Translations under genes and position numbers: made by a program | Notes under the pieces: model-generated | Seen by the model: the letters and a program-made list of their open reading frames with translations, nothing else | Told to the model about the DNA's origin: nothing | Databases searched by the model: none | Part shown: one piece after another, positions 1 to 11,438 of the stretch | Layout of the letters: the number at the start of each line of letters is the position of its first letter | Position numbering within the stretch: position 1 is the first letter of the stretch | Assembly (NCBI GenBank): GCA_965112735.1 | Contig: OZ218960.1 | Location: 2,480,001 to 2,544,000 of the forward strand | Direction: 5' to 3' | Length of the DNA stretch: 64,000 nt | From: Phaeosaccion multiseriatum | Lineage: Eukaryota > Protista > Ochrophyta, other classes

Positions 1-677
1 TTCTCCCCTCCCCGCACCGCAACAACCGCAACAATCCTCAATCCTCAACAGCAGCACCACTGCTCACGCCGTAGAGCCCCCTCCACCCTCCACGCGTCCG
101 TATGTCCATATGCCTCCATGTGTCCATGCATGCATGCTTATGTATGCTTTTATGCCCGTGCGTCAAACAAAGCCGCCCAAGAGTCACGCGGAGGCCTCTT
201 AGCGCAGCCTTCCCCTTCCCCTTGTCATCTCGTCTCTCAATGTCCCGCCATGCCCGGCATATAAAACCACCTCTGCGGCTGCTCCCTTCCCCTCCCGTCT
301 CTCTCCCTTGGTACCACAACTGCGTTGATAGATCATAGGCTACTATATCGTTTCGATATTGAACAACTGCAAAGCATGCCCAATCCTTTCCTTCCGTTTC
401 GATGCCAAAGGCTCCCCCCCGCGGAGGAGCCGAACCGAGCCACACAGCGCAGGCGGTGGAAGATTAAAGCGCCTTCAGTTTACACACTTAACCTTACCGC
501 ACCTCACCTCACTTCACTTCCTCTCATCCCCGTACTCGCCGCTGCCCCTCCGCCCAAAAAGCCACACATGATTAATGACTGCCGAACCCTCCGCTGCCGA
601 TGCCTCAGGTCGTCTCCGCTGCCGATGCACTGTAACTGTCGTCTCCGTCGTCACTGTCTCTGCTCTCGTGCTCCTGC

Positions 678-3366
678 TCATGCTCCTCCTCCCACTGCCG
701 CCGCCCCTCCAACGGCCGCCACCCCTGCCCCGTCTCCTCCTCCTCCTCCTCCTCCTCCTCCTCCTCCTCCTCCACCTGTCGCCAGAGTAGCAGCAGCCCC
801 ATCTTTTACCGCCCCCTCTACTTTAAAGTCGGTTTCCGCCTCAGCATCCTGCTTGGCCTGCTGCTGCTGCTGCTTCTCCAAGAAGGAATCGAACCCGTTC
901 ATAAAGGCATCCATGTAGCCAGAGGCGTCCTTCTCGAGCTGTTGTTGGAAGATGGCAGAGCCGGACTTTGACAGTCTCTCCACGCCGATGGGGAACCAGT
1001 TCGGCACCTCGAGCTGTGGCACGAAGAGGGGAAGGGGAAGGGTAAGGGCCGGAGAGCGGGGTAGGTAGGTCGGCCGGGGTTGGGGGTAGGCGGGGAGGTA
1101 GGTAGGTGGTGTGAGCAGGGCGTGAAGGAGGCTTTGAAGAGGGGGTAAAAGACAAACGGTCAAGAGGAGATGAGAGAGGGTCGGCTGGGTGACGGAGGGG
1201 AATGTTATTGACTGAGAGGAATCAACCTAAGAATTACGTTTGTGTGTGTGTGTGTGTGCGTGTGTGTGTGTGTGTGAGGGAGGGGGGGGGGGGACAGAGG
1301 GGGTCCACAGAGATGCCTCTGCCAGCCCGCTCTTCTCCATCTCCACTTCCCCAGACACACTCCATCTACAGCGAACAAGCCAAGCTCGGCACAGCAATTG
1401 GTGATACACGGCACAGCACAGCAATTGGTGATACACTGACCTCGATAGCCAGGGACGCGAAATTGATGATGGAAAGTGAATTATCGCACAGCCTATGTGA
1501 GGCGGCAGGAGAGGCGGGCAGGGGAGGAGGGGGTGGGGAGGGGTGAGGTTGACGAGGGGGTGAAAGAGGGGGTGAAAGAGGGGGTGAAGCCAACTTGGCG
1601 CGCCTGCTTGGATCCACAAGACAAACACTCCGTCTTGGGCAGCAAAGCGAAGTACAGCACAGGAACGGCGCAAAGCAGGCCGCATAGCATACACTCCGTC
1701 CGTCTGAAACCGTCTGAAACCGTCTGAACAACACCAGGCGAAGAGAAGGTGGGACAGGACACCCCTGCACGCACCGCTAAAGTGGGACAGCCCCGCCTAC
1801 ACCGCCCAATGCGCATGGCTTCCAGCCTTGCCCTACACCCCTTTATACCCTACACCTACACCTACTCCCCTTTATACCCTACAACGCATGACACTGCATG
1901 TCCACTCTCCGCACCACGCAGGTGGAGTCTTCTCTCTCCGCTACACCCCCAACCATATACAATTCCATTTCATGTCCCCTCCCCTCCCCTCCCCTCCCCC
2001 CCTCTACCCTACCCTACTCTACTGTACCCTACCCTACCCTACCCTGCTCAACCCTACCCTACGCTACCCTAACCTATACCCTACCCTACCCTACCCTACC
2101 CCACCCTACCCTACCCTACCCTACCTTACCCCACCCTACCCTACCCTTACCCTACCCTACCCTGCCCTACCCTACCTCTCCCTACGCTACCCTACCCTAC
2201 TCTACCCTACCCTACCCTACCCTGCCCTACCCCACCCTACCCTACCCTACCCTACCCTACCCTATATCCTACCCTACCCCACCCTACCCTACCCTACCCT
2301 ACCCTATCCTACCCTACCCTACCCTACCCTACCCTACCCTACCCTACCCCACCCCACCCCACCGTACCCTATCCTACCCTACACCACCCTACCCTACCCT
2401 ACCCCACCCTACACCCCACCCTACACCCCACCCTCCCTACATGTGCACTCACCGCACGATGGAGGTGGAGTCCATCTTCTTTGGCAGAGCCGCCGTCACC
2501 ATCCTCACGAGCGTGGCCGGGCCTGAGGCAGATACCTCGGGGGTGCTGTGAGTGATGAGCTTGAGGACGGGGGCGTCTGAGGCAGAGGGGTCCCACTCAA
2601 CGTCAAAGTTCACCCAGCTTTCCACCTTAACGCCTGGAAAATTCATGGGAGCCAGCAAGACGCGAACTCTATTCTTCTCCTCTTCCTCTCCTCCCTGTTT
2701 CTCCTCGAGCGGTTCCACCCTCACAATGCCCTTGTTGAGTCGCAAGAGTTTGGTTGGTGTGATGGGGCGGGCATAATAGGCTTTAAACTCCTCTTGTTTA
2801 GAGCCGGGCACTGGAAGCGAGCCACGCCAACGGGTAGAAGCAATGCACGAGATGAGGCATTCATTAGCCCCAGCGAGCAAGTGCGTGGGTGAGTGAGTGG
2901 GTGAGTGAGTGGGTGAGTGAGTGAGCAAGTGAGTGAGCGAGTGAGTGAGTGAGTGAGTGAGTGAGTGAGTGAGTGCGTGAGTGAGTGAGTGAGTGAGTGC
3001 GGGAGGGAGGGAGGAAGGGAGGGAGGAAAGGTCCCTCTCAGGGCTGGAGTGCGGAGGGCGATCAAGGACCTCGGCCCTCGTCCACAAGAGCGTATCTTCC
3101 TGCACAGCCTCCCTCTCTCTCCTCCCCCGATGGCTCAACCTGTCCTTACCTGTCCGGGCCGTCGTGGTCTCCGCCTTAAAACACACCGTCTTCATGCTCA
3201 TCCCCTCCCCCCTTGCGCCGCTTCTGCTGGTCCAAGTACCGCGTGGCGTGGAAAGCGCTTGAAGGCAGTGCAGACCGAAAGCGAGGCAGGGTGACACGGA
3301 CATACCCAGCAGCACCCCGACGACAGCACCGGGCCGACAAGCCGCTCTTCTCCTTTTCTCCCCCAT
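678..3366 (-). CDS. Probable plastid-targeted protein, DUF1997-like; 4 exons (3366-3150, 2810-2453, 1492-1441, 1013-678)
   Basis: Canonical GT-AG junctions join frames into ...KTVCFKAETTTART|VPGSKQEEFKAYYARP...MDSTSIVR|LCDNSLSIINFASLAIE|LEVPNWFPIGVERLSKSGS.... The N-terminus has a hydrophobic stretch ending 'CLAF'. The family call is from recalled similarity only. Confidence 0.6.
2005..2432. repeat. (CCCTA)n/(TAGGG)n pentamer microsatellite in an intron
   Basis: About 430 bp of imperfect ccctaccctac repeats. Confidence 0.95.
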
Positions 3367-3650
3367 CTCTCTCCCGCACCTCTCCTTGAAGAAAGAATGG
3401 TTTGGTCGTTTGGGTTGGAATGAGAAAGGCGGAACGCAGCGTATCAACGCCCCACGCCTCTCCTCTGGGTTTAGATATATACGCTTGTGGTGATAGGCGT
3501 GCAACGTGCGTTGTTAAATATAAATGGAGTATGGTGAGGAGGGATGATACGATATGGATACAATTCTGCCTTTAACAACCGCATAACTCCTAAAAGTAAA
3601 GTGCCACATACCCTCTGCTGTATTGCAATACAACCAACCAGCAAAATGCC

Positions 3651-5053
3651 ATGTCGAGCATAACACGAGTGGCGCTCCTGTCGACCTTGCTGAGATTAAG
3701 CTTTGGAGGCTGTGAAAGCGCTGCCCTCGCCTTCGTGACTCCCTTCGCAACTCCCTTCTCCCGCCCTCACAGCAGCAGAAGGATGTCTTCTTCTGTGGGC
3801 GGCGGCGCCGGCGAGGAGTCCGAGACGCGCTTCATCGACATCGGGGCCAACTTGCTCGACCAGATGTACCTGGGTGAGCAGCTATATAAGAAGATTCAGT
3901 CCTTTTCCCCCTCTTCTCTCCTCTTGGTTGACACTGGTTCCATCAATTTGTTACGCTCCTCGCAAGGCAAGTACCGTGGAAAACAGCGCCACCCCGCTGA
4001 CCTGGAGGCAGTACTGGAGCGCGCCTCAGCCGCCGGGGTGGACAAGATGATGGTGACGGCGGGCAGTCTGGAGGAGGCCCGCCAGGCCCTCGAGATGGTG
4101 CAGGATCGGGACTCCCTTTACTTCACCGTTGGTGTACATCCAACACGAGGGGACACGCTCATGTCGTCGGCAGGCGAAGCAGGAGTAGCAGCAGAATCAG
4201 CAACAAAAGAATCCGCAGTAGCGCAATCAGCAGTAGTCGAACCGGTAGCTGATGGGGCAGGGGCAGGGCAACAAGACGGCCTTTCTGCTGCCAGTGTAGC
4301 AGACGTGGACAGCACGCAGCTCGACGCTCTGCTTGCCGTGCTGCTCGAGGGCAAGCGGCAGGGGAAGGCCGTGGCGGTGGGCGAGTTTGGCCTCGACTAT
4401 GATCGGGTACGTTTCATCACGCTACGTTGCGGGGAGGAGGAGGAGAGAGAGAGAGAGGGGAGCTGAGCGGCAACGGAGGAGCGACTCAACTCACGCAATT
4501 GCAACCCTGTCCTACGTTTCCTTCCTTCCTTCCTTCCGTTCTTCCCTCCCTCCCTCCCTCCCTCCCTCCCTCCCTTCCTCCCTTCCTTCCTTCCTTCCTT
4601 CCTTCCTTCCTTCCTTCCTTCCTTCCTTCCGTTCTTCCCTCCCTCCCTCCCTCCCTCCCTCCCTTCCTTCCTTCCTTCCTTCCTTCCTTCCTTCCTTCCT
4701 TCCTCTCGTTATTCAGCTCCACTTCTGTTCGAAGGAAGTGCAGCAGAAGGCCTTCGAGGCTCAGTTCGTGCTCACGGAGGCGAGCGGGCTGCCCGCCTTC
4801 TTCCACTCTCGAGCCTGCGGCCCCTCTGGCGACTGGGCCTTCGTGGAGACGCTCAAGCGAAACCGCGACAGATTCTCAACGGGAGTCGTTCACAGGTGAG
4901 TGGAGTAGTGGGGGGGTGGTAGGGCTTTAGGGTCTCAACACAGGGGAGGGAGGTGCTACTCCTTCTCATCCTCCTACTCCTGCTGCTGCTACTGCTCCTG
5001 CTACTGCTGCTGCTGCGCTGCTCCTCCTCCTCCTCCTCCTCCTCCTCCTCCTC

Positions 5054-5088
<35 letters not shown>

Positions 5089-5382
5089 CCCTCCCACCTT
5101 TGTCCTCTTCCCTTGCTAACACGTGCCCTACTCAGCTTCGATGGTACGCGAGAAGAAGCCGAGGCCCTCCTCGACATGGGGCTGTCTCTGGGGCTCAACG
5201 GGTGAGTGAGTGAGTGAGGGAGTGGGACTACCGAAACCGTAGAACCGTAACTGTCGTATCACATCCCCCCTGGGGCATGACGTGGCATCGATTCAATCAC
5301 TCGACTATTATATGCACCTCTTTCTCTCAAACGCCCCTTCCGTCACTCGACATGTCGCCGCTCCTTACTGCCCCTGTGCTGC

Positions 5383-5420
<38 letters not shown>

Positions 5421-6006
5421 CAGGGCTCCTACCCGCAGCCACTAATTCCACTCTAGTCTTGAAGTCGTTCTCTCACTCTGCCCGTCGGAATGTCTGAATA
5501 TCGGAATGCGAACAAATGAGCAGGTGCAGCCTCAGGACGGAGGAGAGCCTGGAGGTTGTGAAGGAACTCCCCCTAGACAGGATCATGCTCGAGACGGACT
5601 GCCCCTGGTGTGAAGTCAAGGTACGTACCTAGCTCTCTTTCTTTCTCTCCGTCTCTCTCTCCATCTTCCTCTCTCCCCCCCCCCTCTCTCCTCCTATGTC
5701 TCTCTCTAGCACTCTCTCTCTCTGGCTCTCTCTTCCTTGCTCTCTCTTTCTCTCCCTCACCTTCCCCTCCCAATCCCCCCTTTTCCTCCTCAGGCGACGC
5801 ACGCGGGCTCAAGCTTCGTCAAAACCAAATACCCCAGCAAGAAGCCCGAGAGGTTCGAGGCAGGCAGTGATAATCTCGTCAAGGGCCGGTCAGAGCCGTG
5901 TCAGATCTGGCAAGTAGCGGAGATTGTGGCGGCAGTGAAGGGGGTTGAAGTCTCCGAGCTGGCACGGCAGTGCTACGGCAACACAGAACGCATGTTCTTT
6001 GCGTGA
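3651..6006 (+). CDS. TATDN1: TatD-family DNase (TATDN1-like), 6 exons
   Basis: Motifs FIDIGANLLD, TVGVHPTR, VAVGEFGLDYDR, LPAFFHSR, GVVHSFDG, LGLNGCSLRT, IMLETDCPWCE and KGRSEPC are joined by GT-AG introns. There is an N-terminal signal-peptide-like extension ('SAALAF'). Confidence 0.93.
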
Positions 6007-6825
6007 GGGAGAGGGAGGGGTGGGAGGGAGGGAGGGAGGGAGGGAGGGGTGGGGGGGGGTTGACCACCTCTCCGGAGGGAAGAGGGACGAACTTCCAGCA
6101 CTACGACAGTACAACGACACTACAGGACGAGAGAGCGTTTACGGCACTGGCACTCGCACTGGGCACTCGGGAGGAGGAGGAGGAGGAGGAGGAGGAGGAG
6201 GCGTGGCTGCGGTCGGTGGGTGAAGAGCGCTGTCACATCGTAAGGGGAGGGACACGCTCCGGGCTACATTGCAAGGGCAGGGACACACACCAGTGGGCTG
6301 TCTGATCATTGAACCCTTTGACGATCAGAAACCATTGCACCATTACAGAACCATATTAACCACTGCACCTTTCGGCCATTGGACCTTCGGCATCGATAGC
6401 CGCCAAGAGCTCCATCTATGAGGCTCATGGACGAGCAGACTCCCATCTGTGGCCGCGTGGATGGAGCAGACAGACCGAAGAGGGGATGGCAGTAGATGGT
6501 TCGTTGGTTTGGCGCCACTGGCTGCGAGCTGACAGATGCCTCAGAAGGAAGGGGGACTACCCCTCTCTTTTCACGTAAACGGGTGTTTCGTGGAAGGAAG
6601 AGGCCATACCTGGCCAGAGACCTGCTCTGCTCTCCCTTCCCCTTCTCTCCTCTCCCCTCCCCTTCCCTTCCCTCCCCTCCCCTTCCCTTCCCTTCCCTCC
6701 CCTCTCCTCTCCAATCATCTTCCTCCCCTCCCCTCCCCTTCCTTCCCATCCCTCCCCTCCCCTCCCCTTCCCTTCCCTCCCCTCCCCTCCCCTCCTCTCC
6801 CCTCCTCTCCTTCCCCCCTCTTACT

Positions 6826-8970
6826 CTACTCTTCCTTTGTCTCCTCGAGGGGCTTAGCAGCTGCGGCCACGGCTGTGCCCACCGCGAGCAGCGCAGTACA
6901 TAGAGCAAGCAGAGACTCGGGAGGAGAGTCCCTGGCCACAAGCATTGTACTCACCACCACTGCACGGGAGAGGGGAGAGGAGAGGAGAGGGGAGGGGAGG
7001 GGGGTTGGTTGTGTTTTAGGCGAAGAGGAGAAGGAGGGAGAGGAGAGAAAGGGAGGGAGCGGGGGGATATCCGCACCCAAGTGGGAGTGCACGCGGGGCG
7101 GCGCCGCATGTGAACCTTTCCCTTGACGGTGCTAACAAATCAAATTGAAGACGCCTACAACATGAAGTGCTGTGCTGCCACGGTTTATCGTTACTGACTT
7201 GTCAAGTGACCTACTCCCTCCTTGCTTCCCCTTGTTCACTCACCGAGGTTGAGCGGCATCTTCAGAACACTGCTCATGGCAGCCCTCTTCCCCTCGGGCA
7301 GCAGCAGAGAACGAAGACGACCCACAGACGGGAAATACGCCCCTACGCACATCTGATGGAGGAGAGGTGGGGAAGGGGGCGGCGGGCGTTCGTTACTTGG
7401 TCACGTGGGTGGGTGGTTGGTTGGTTGGCAGTCCTCTCTCTTCGTCCGTCCGTCCGTCCGTCCGTCCGTCCCTTTCTCCGCCCCTCCGTTCCTCCCTCCC
7501 TCCGCCCCTCCGTTCCTCCCTCGCTCCGCCCCTCCCTCCCCCCCTCCCTCCCTCCCTCCCTCCCTCCCTCCCTCCCTCCCTCCCTCCCCCCTTCCTTCCC
7601 TCCCTCTTGACTTACCTCGTACACCATAAAGCATCCCAGCCTCCATGTAAAGTCCTCACGCCACCCTGCGCCCCCCAATGCGAGCAAAGCCACCACAAAC
7701 ACACCCACCAGGAATTCTCCCAACACCTTGCTGTCCCTGGCTCTGCTCCCATCACACTTGGCGACTACCAAGATGCTGAATCCATTGGCTCCAACCATAC
7801 AGGCGAGCATGTAGCAAGCAAAGACAAGGCCGTGGGGAAGGCTGGAGAGGGCCTTGGAGGAGGAAGAGGAGCACTGTTGGAGGGCGGGGGTCCAGACCAA
7901 TACGAACATGTACATGCTGCAGATGGCGACGGCGTTGGAGGAGGAGGAGGAGGAGGAGGAGGAGGAGGAGGAGGTGGAGGAGGAGGAGGAGGAGGAGGAG
8001 GAGAGGAGAAGAAGAAGAAGAAGAAGAAGAAGACGAAGGAGGAGGAGGAGGAGGAGGAGGAGAAGGAGGAGGAGGAGGAGGAGGTGGAGGAGGAGGAGGA
8101 GGAGGAGGAGGAGGAGGAGGAGGAGGAGGAGGAGGAGGAGGAGGTGGAGGAGGAGGAGAAGGAGAGGGGGCAGAGCGATGCCAGTGGGTGGGAGGGGCAG
8201 AAGGGGCAGAGGCATGCAGTGGATGGCAGTGGATGGGAGGGACAGAGGGGCGGGGGCTCGGTTTGTTAACGTACGTGGGGGGAGAGCAGAAAGGTGGAAG
8301 AACAGATAAATTGATGCACAGAACGATGGATGGATGTCGACACAACTCGATGGAAGTGGATGGCAAAGACAGGAAGGTACAGAACCCCCTCCCTCCCTCC
8401 CTCCCTCCCTCCATCCCTCCGACTCCCTCCACCGCTAGGCCGGGCCCACCTGCTCTCAAACAGCGTTTGCATGGCGAGCAGTGACCTCAAAGAGGCACTG
8501 CTCCCCACCTCTCTGCCGGCCATGGCCGTAGCCTGCAGCAGCGACGGTCGCCGGCCACCAGGGACAGCAGTTGGTGATACAGCAGCAGCAGGTGGTAGTG
8601 ATCCCGCCCTGCTGCCTCGCGGAGCCATGAGGTGGCGGCACAAGAGTACGCATGTGATGGAGATGGCACCAGACAGCATGAAGGGGCCTCGAGGGCCGAG
8701 ACGAGAGGCGGCCACAGCCTGGCCAACGATGCCTGACGAGGGAGGGAGGGAGGGAGGGATGGATGGAGGGATGGAGGGAGGGAGGTTGGGAGGGAGGGAA
8801 GGAGGGAGGGTGGTTGGGAGGGAGGGAGGGAGGGAGGGAGGGCGTGGACGGCGTAAGGGGACCCTCGCATCGCATGAGTTCACTGCGTGCCTCGCTCCAT
8901 CCTTCCTTTGAGTCCGTGTGTCCGTGTCTTTCCCTCCCCGAGACGCGCACATACATACACACACACACAT

Positions 8971-9050
<80 letters not shown>

Positions 9051-11030
9051 AGACAGCCACACCTGCCCCCACCGCAGTGCAGCTGTTGAGGAAGGTTGCG
9101 CTTGCGAAGGTCTGGCTCAGGTCCTTTCCATCGAAGCCGAGGCGGTGGTGCTCGCTAACCATCCAGGCCTTCCATGCCCAGAGAGAGAGAGAGGCGGGGG
9201 GGAGGGAGAGATGAGAGACAGAGACAAGAGAGAGAGAGCGTGAGGGATAAGAGAGAGATACTCAGATGAGGGATAAGAGAGAGATACTCAGAGAGAGCGT
9301 GAGGGATAAGAGAGAGAGCGTGTATGAAAGACATTGTGTGAGGCGTCCGTGTCCAGGGGTGGTGTATACCCGATGCAGAGAGCCACACACTGTGGAGTCT
9401 CAAAGGTGTTTGGTATGTTCGAATCCGGATTGTCGCCATTTGGGGAACACGTGCTTCATATGAACGGCATGTCGCAGGAGGAGGATAGATTAAGGAAGTG
9501 AGATTGATAAGGAAAGCTAATACACGCTCAACATAGGATAAGAACCCCTTGCTTGTTGGTTGTCTGGGGTGTGTGGTCTGTCCCACATCCCAGGTGGCTC
9601 AACACAGAGCCTCACACAGAGCCACACTGCACTCAAGGTTGAGGTTGAGGTGTGCAAACTTTGCTCGCATCTTCTTCGGTTACACACGGACCTCGAAGGC
9701 GACGGAGAGGGTGGAGCTGGCGACTCCGCTCGCTATCCGGCCTCCGACGAGGAAGCCGTAAGAGGGGGACATGACGAGGCACACGCTCGTAAGCTGAGGG
9801 TGAGGGTGAGGGAGGAAGGAGAGGGGAGGGATGGCAGTGGACGTGAGGGTGAGGGAGGGAGGAGGGGGGAGGCAGGGGCTGGACGTGAGGGTGAGGGAGG
9901 GACGGGGGGTGGGCAGGCGCATACTTTCTCCGTGTGGCGTCTTGGAAGGGGCGGGGGGCGCTTTTGGGCTATTGTTCCCTTTGGTCTTTGCTACTTGCTC
10001 TGGTGGGGTCCAAGAGCGTTGTGGGCTGGTCCAGACCCGGCACACAACACCACTCCACTCCATACGTACACACATACGTAAGGACAAACATACATATCAG
10101 GCATCGATTGGACCTGTCGGCATTGGGTACCATCGCATCCGAAGCTTGTGCGTGTACATGTATGTACTGCGTGCCTGTATAACTCTTCACACCTGAGCAA
10201 AGCCGTAGAAGCTGCACAGAGTGCGACGACCGAAGCGATCGGCAGCACTGCCAATGAAGGTGCCCACCACCGCACCGGACAAGTAGCCTGTTGCAAAGAG
10301 GAGCACGATTTGCTGGCCACTGTATCCGTAGGAGTGGTACAGCGAGTAGATGTATGGGCCTTTGAGCCAGTCTGCATCATGAGGCGGGGGGGGGGGGGGG
10401 GGTAGCGCAAGTCTAGAAAGATGAGATGCGTGCCGGAGGATTACGACAGGAAGATTAAGGTACTTATTACGAAACCCAAGTCAGATTTGGGTCCAAACTT
10501 TACCCAGACCCCGCTAGGGATGCCAAAGCCCCAGCAGAGGGAAAGACGTGTCTAGGAAGTAGACTCCGTGAAACACACGTTCAGCGGGACGGTACGAGGG
10601 GATGGTACTCGAGGTGCTACGTTATCACCTGCGGCGCTGGCGGCGAGGTAGCACATGAAGTAGCGTTGCTGGAAGACTGAAAACTCCTTGCTGCTGGCAC
10701 CGGGGCTCCCTGAAGCTGAGCTTCGCTCCGTACTGTCCCGCGATTCAGAAAGCAGAAAGGGTTAGGGGGGTAAGTAATATTGCGGCTTTCCTTTCCAATT
10801 CCACACACTACTCACGTGTTCGCCGGTGATCCTTTGTTTGTACGATCGTCCTCTTTCCGCCCTCGCCCCATCCCTTCCCCCCCAGCCTTGTCGCGGCTGC
10901 GGGCACTGCGCATCACCAATGCCCTAGATACCACTGCAGAAATCAGAAGCAAGGAAAAAATAGTAAACACGGGTTTCCTGTTCCCATCATCTGCATACTC
11001 GCTTGGGGAATCGCTTGGGGAAGAGGCCAT
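6826..11030 (-). CDS. MFSD5: MFSD5 / molybdate-anion transporter family MFS protein, multi-exon
   Basis: Spliced motifs FQQRYFMCYLAASAA|DWLKGPYIYSLY, GSAADRFGRR, SVAFE|AWMVSEHHRLGF, QTLFES|MYMFVLVWTPAL and GAYFPSVGRLRS. Confidence 0.88.
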
Positions 11031-11438
11031 CGGCCCTTCTTTTTTCCGATACTGTCTTGGGAAATTCTTGCTCACCGTAGGTGGCCAGGTCTCAAGACTA
11101 TGGAGGTACTTGCGAAACCTTTACACTACGGGGCGCACTAAGGAAGGGGATCGAGGGAAAGTTGTATATAAGTATATAAGTGCCGAAGGAAGTACACAAA
11201 CTGGTGGTATGGCATCACAGATTCTCTCCTCGATCGTATGTACTCTTTCATGCCAAATCGGAATCCCCCCCCCCCGTCTTATCTCTTATCTCTCCCACCA
11301 AGCAGTGGGGAGTACACAGACAAAGAGTGTGAGTCATTAGTTAGCGCAAGTTCACCGACGCTACAATAATCGTGCATATCCCTGCCCCAGAAAGGACGTC
11401 GGGAGCCACGGAGAACGAAGGGACACTCTCCTGAGGCA

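Noticed and set aside
1828-2551. Extensin-like (YPTLP)n ORFs
   Set aside because: Translation of the (CCCTA)n intron microsatellite on the non-coding strand.
2811-3149. Apparent read-through of (HSLT)n, or a non-canonical intron, in ORF 2449-3504
   Set aside because: A canonical GTAAGG donor at 3149 and a CAG acceptor at 2811 remove it in frame.
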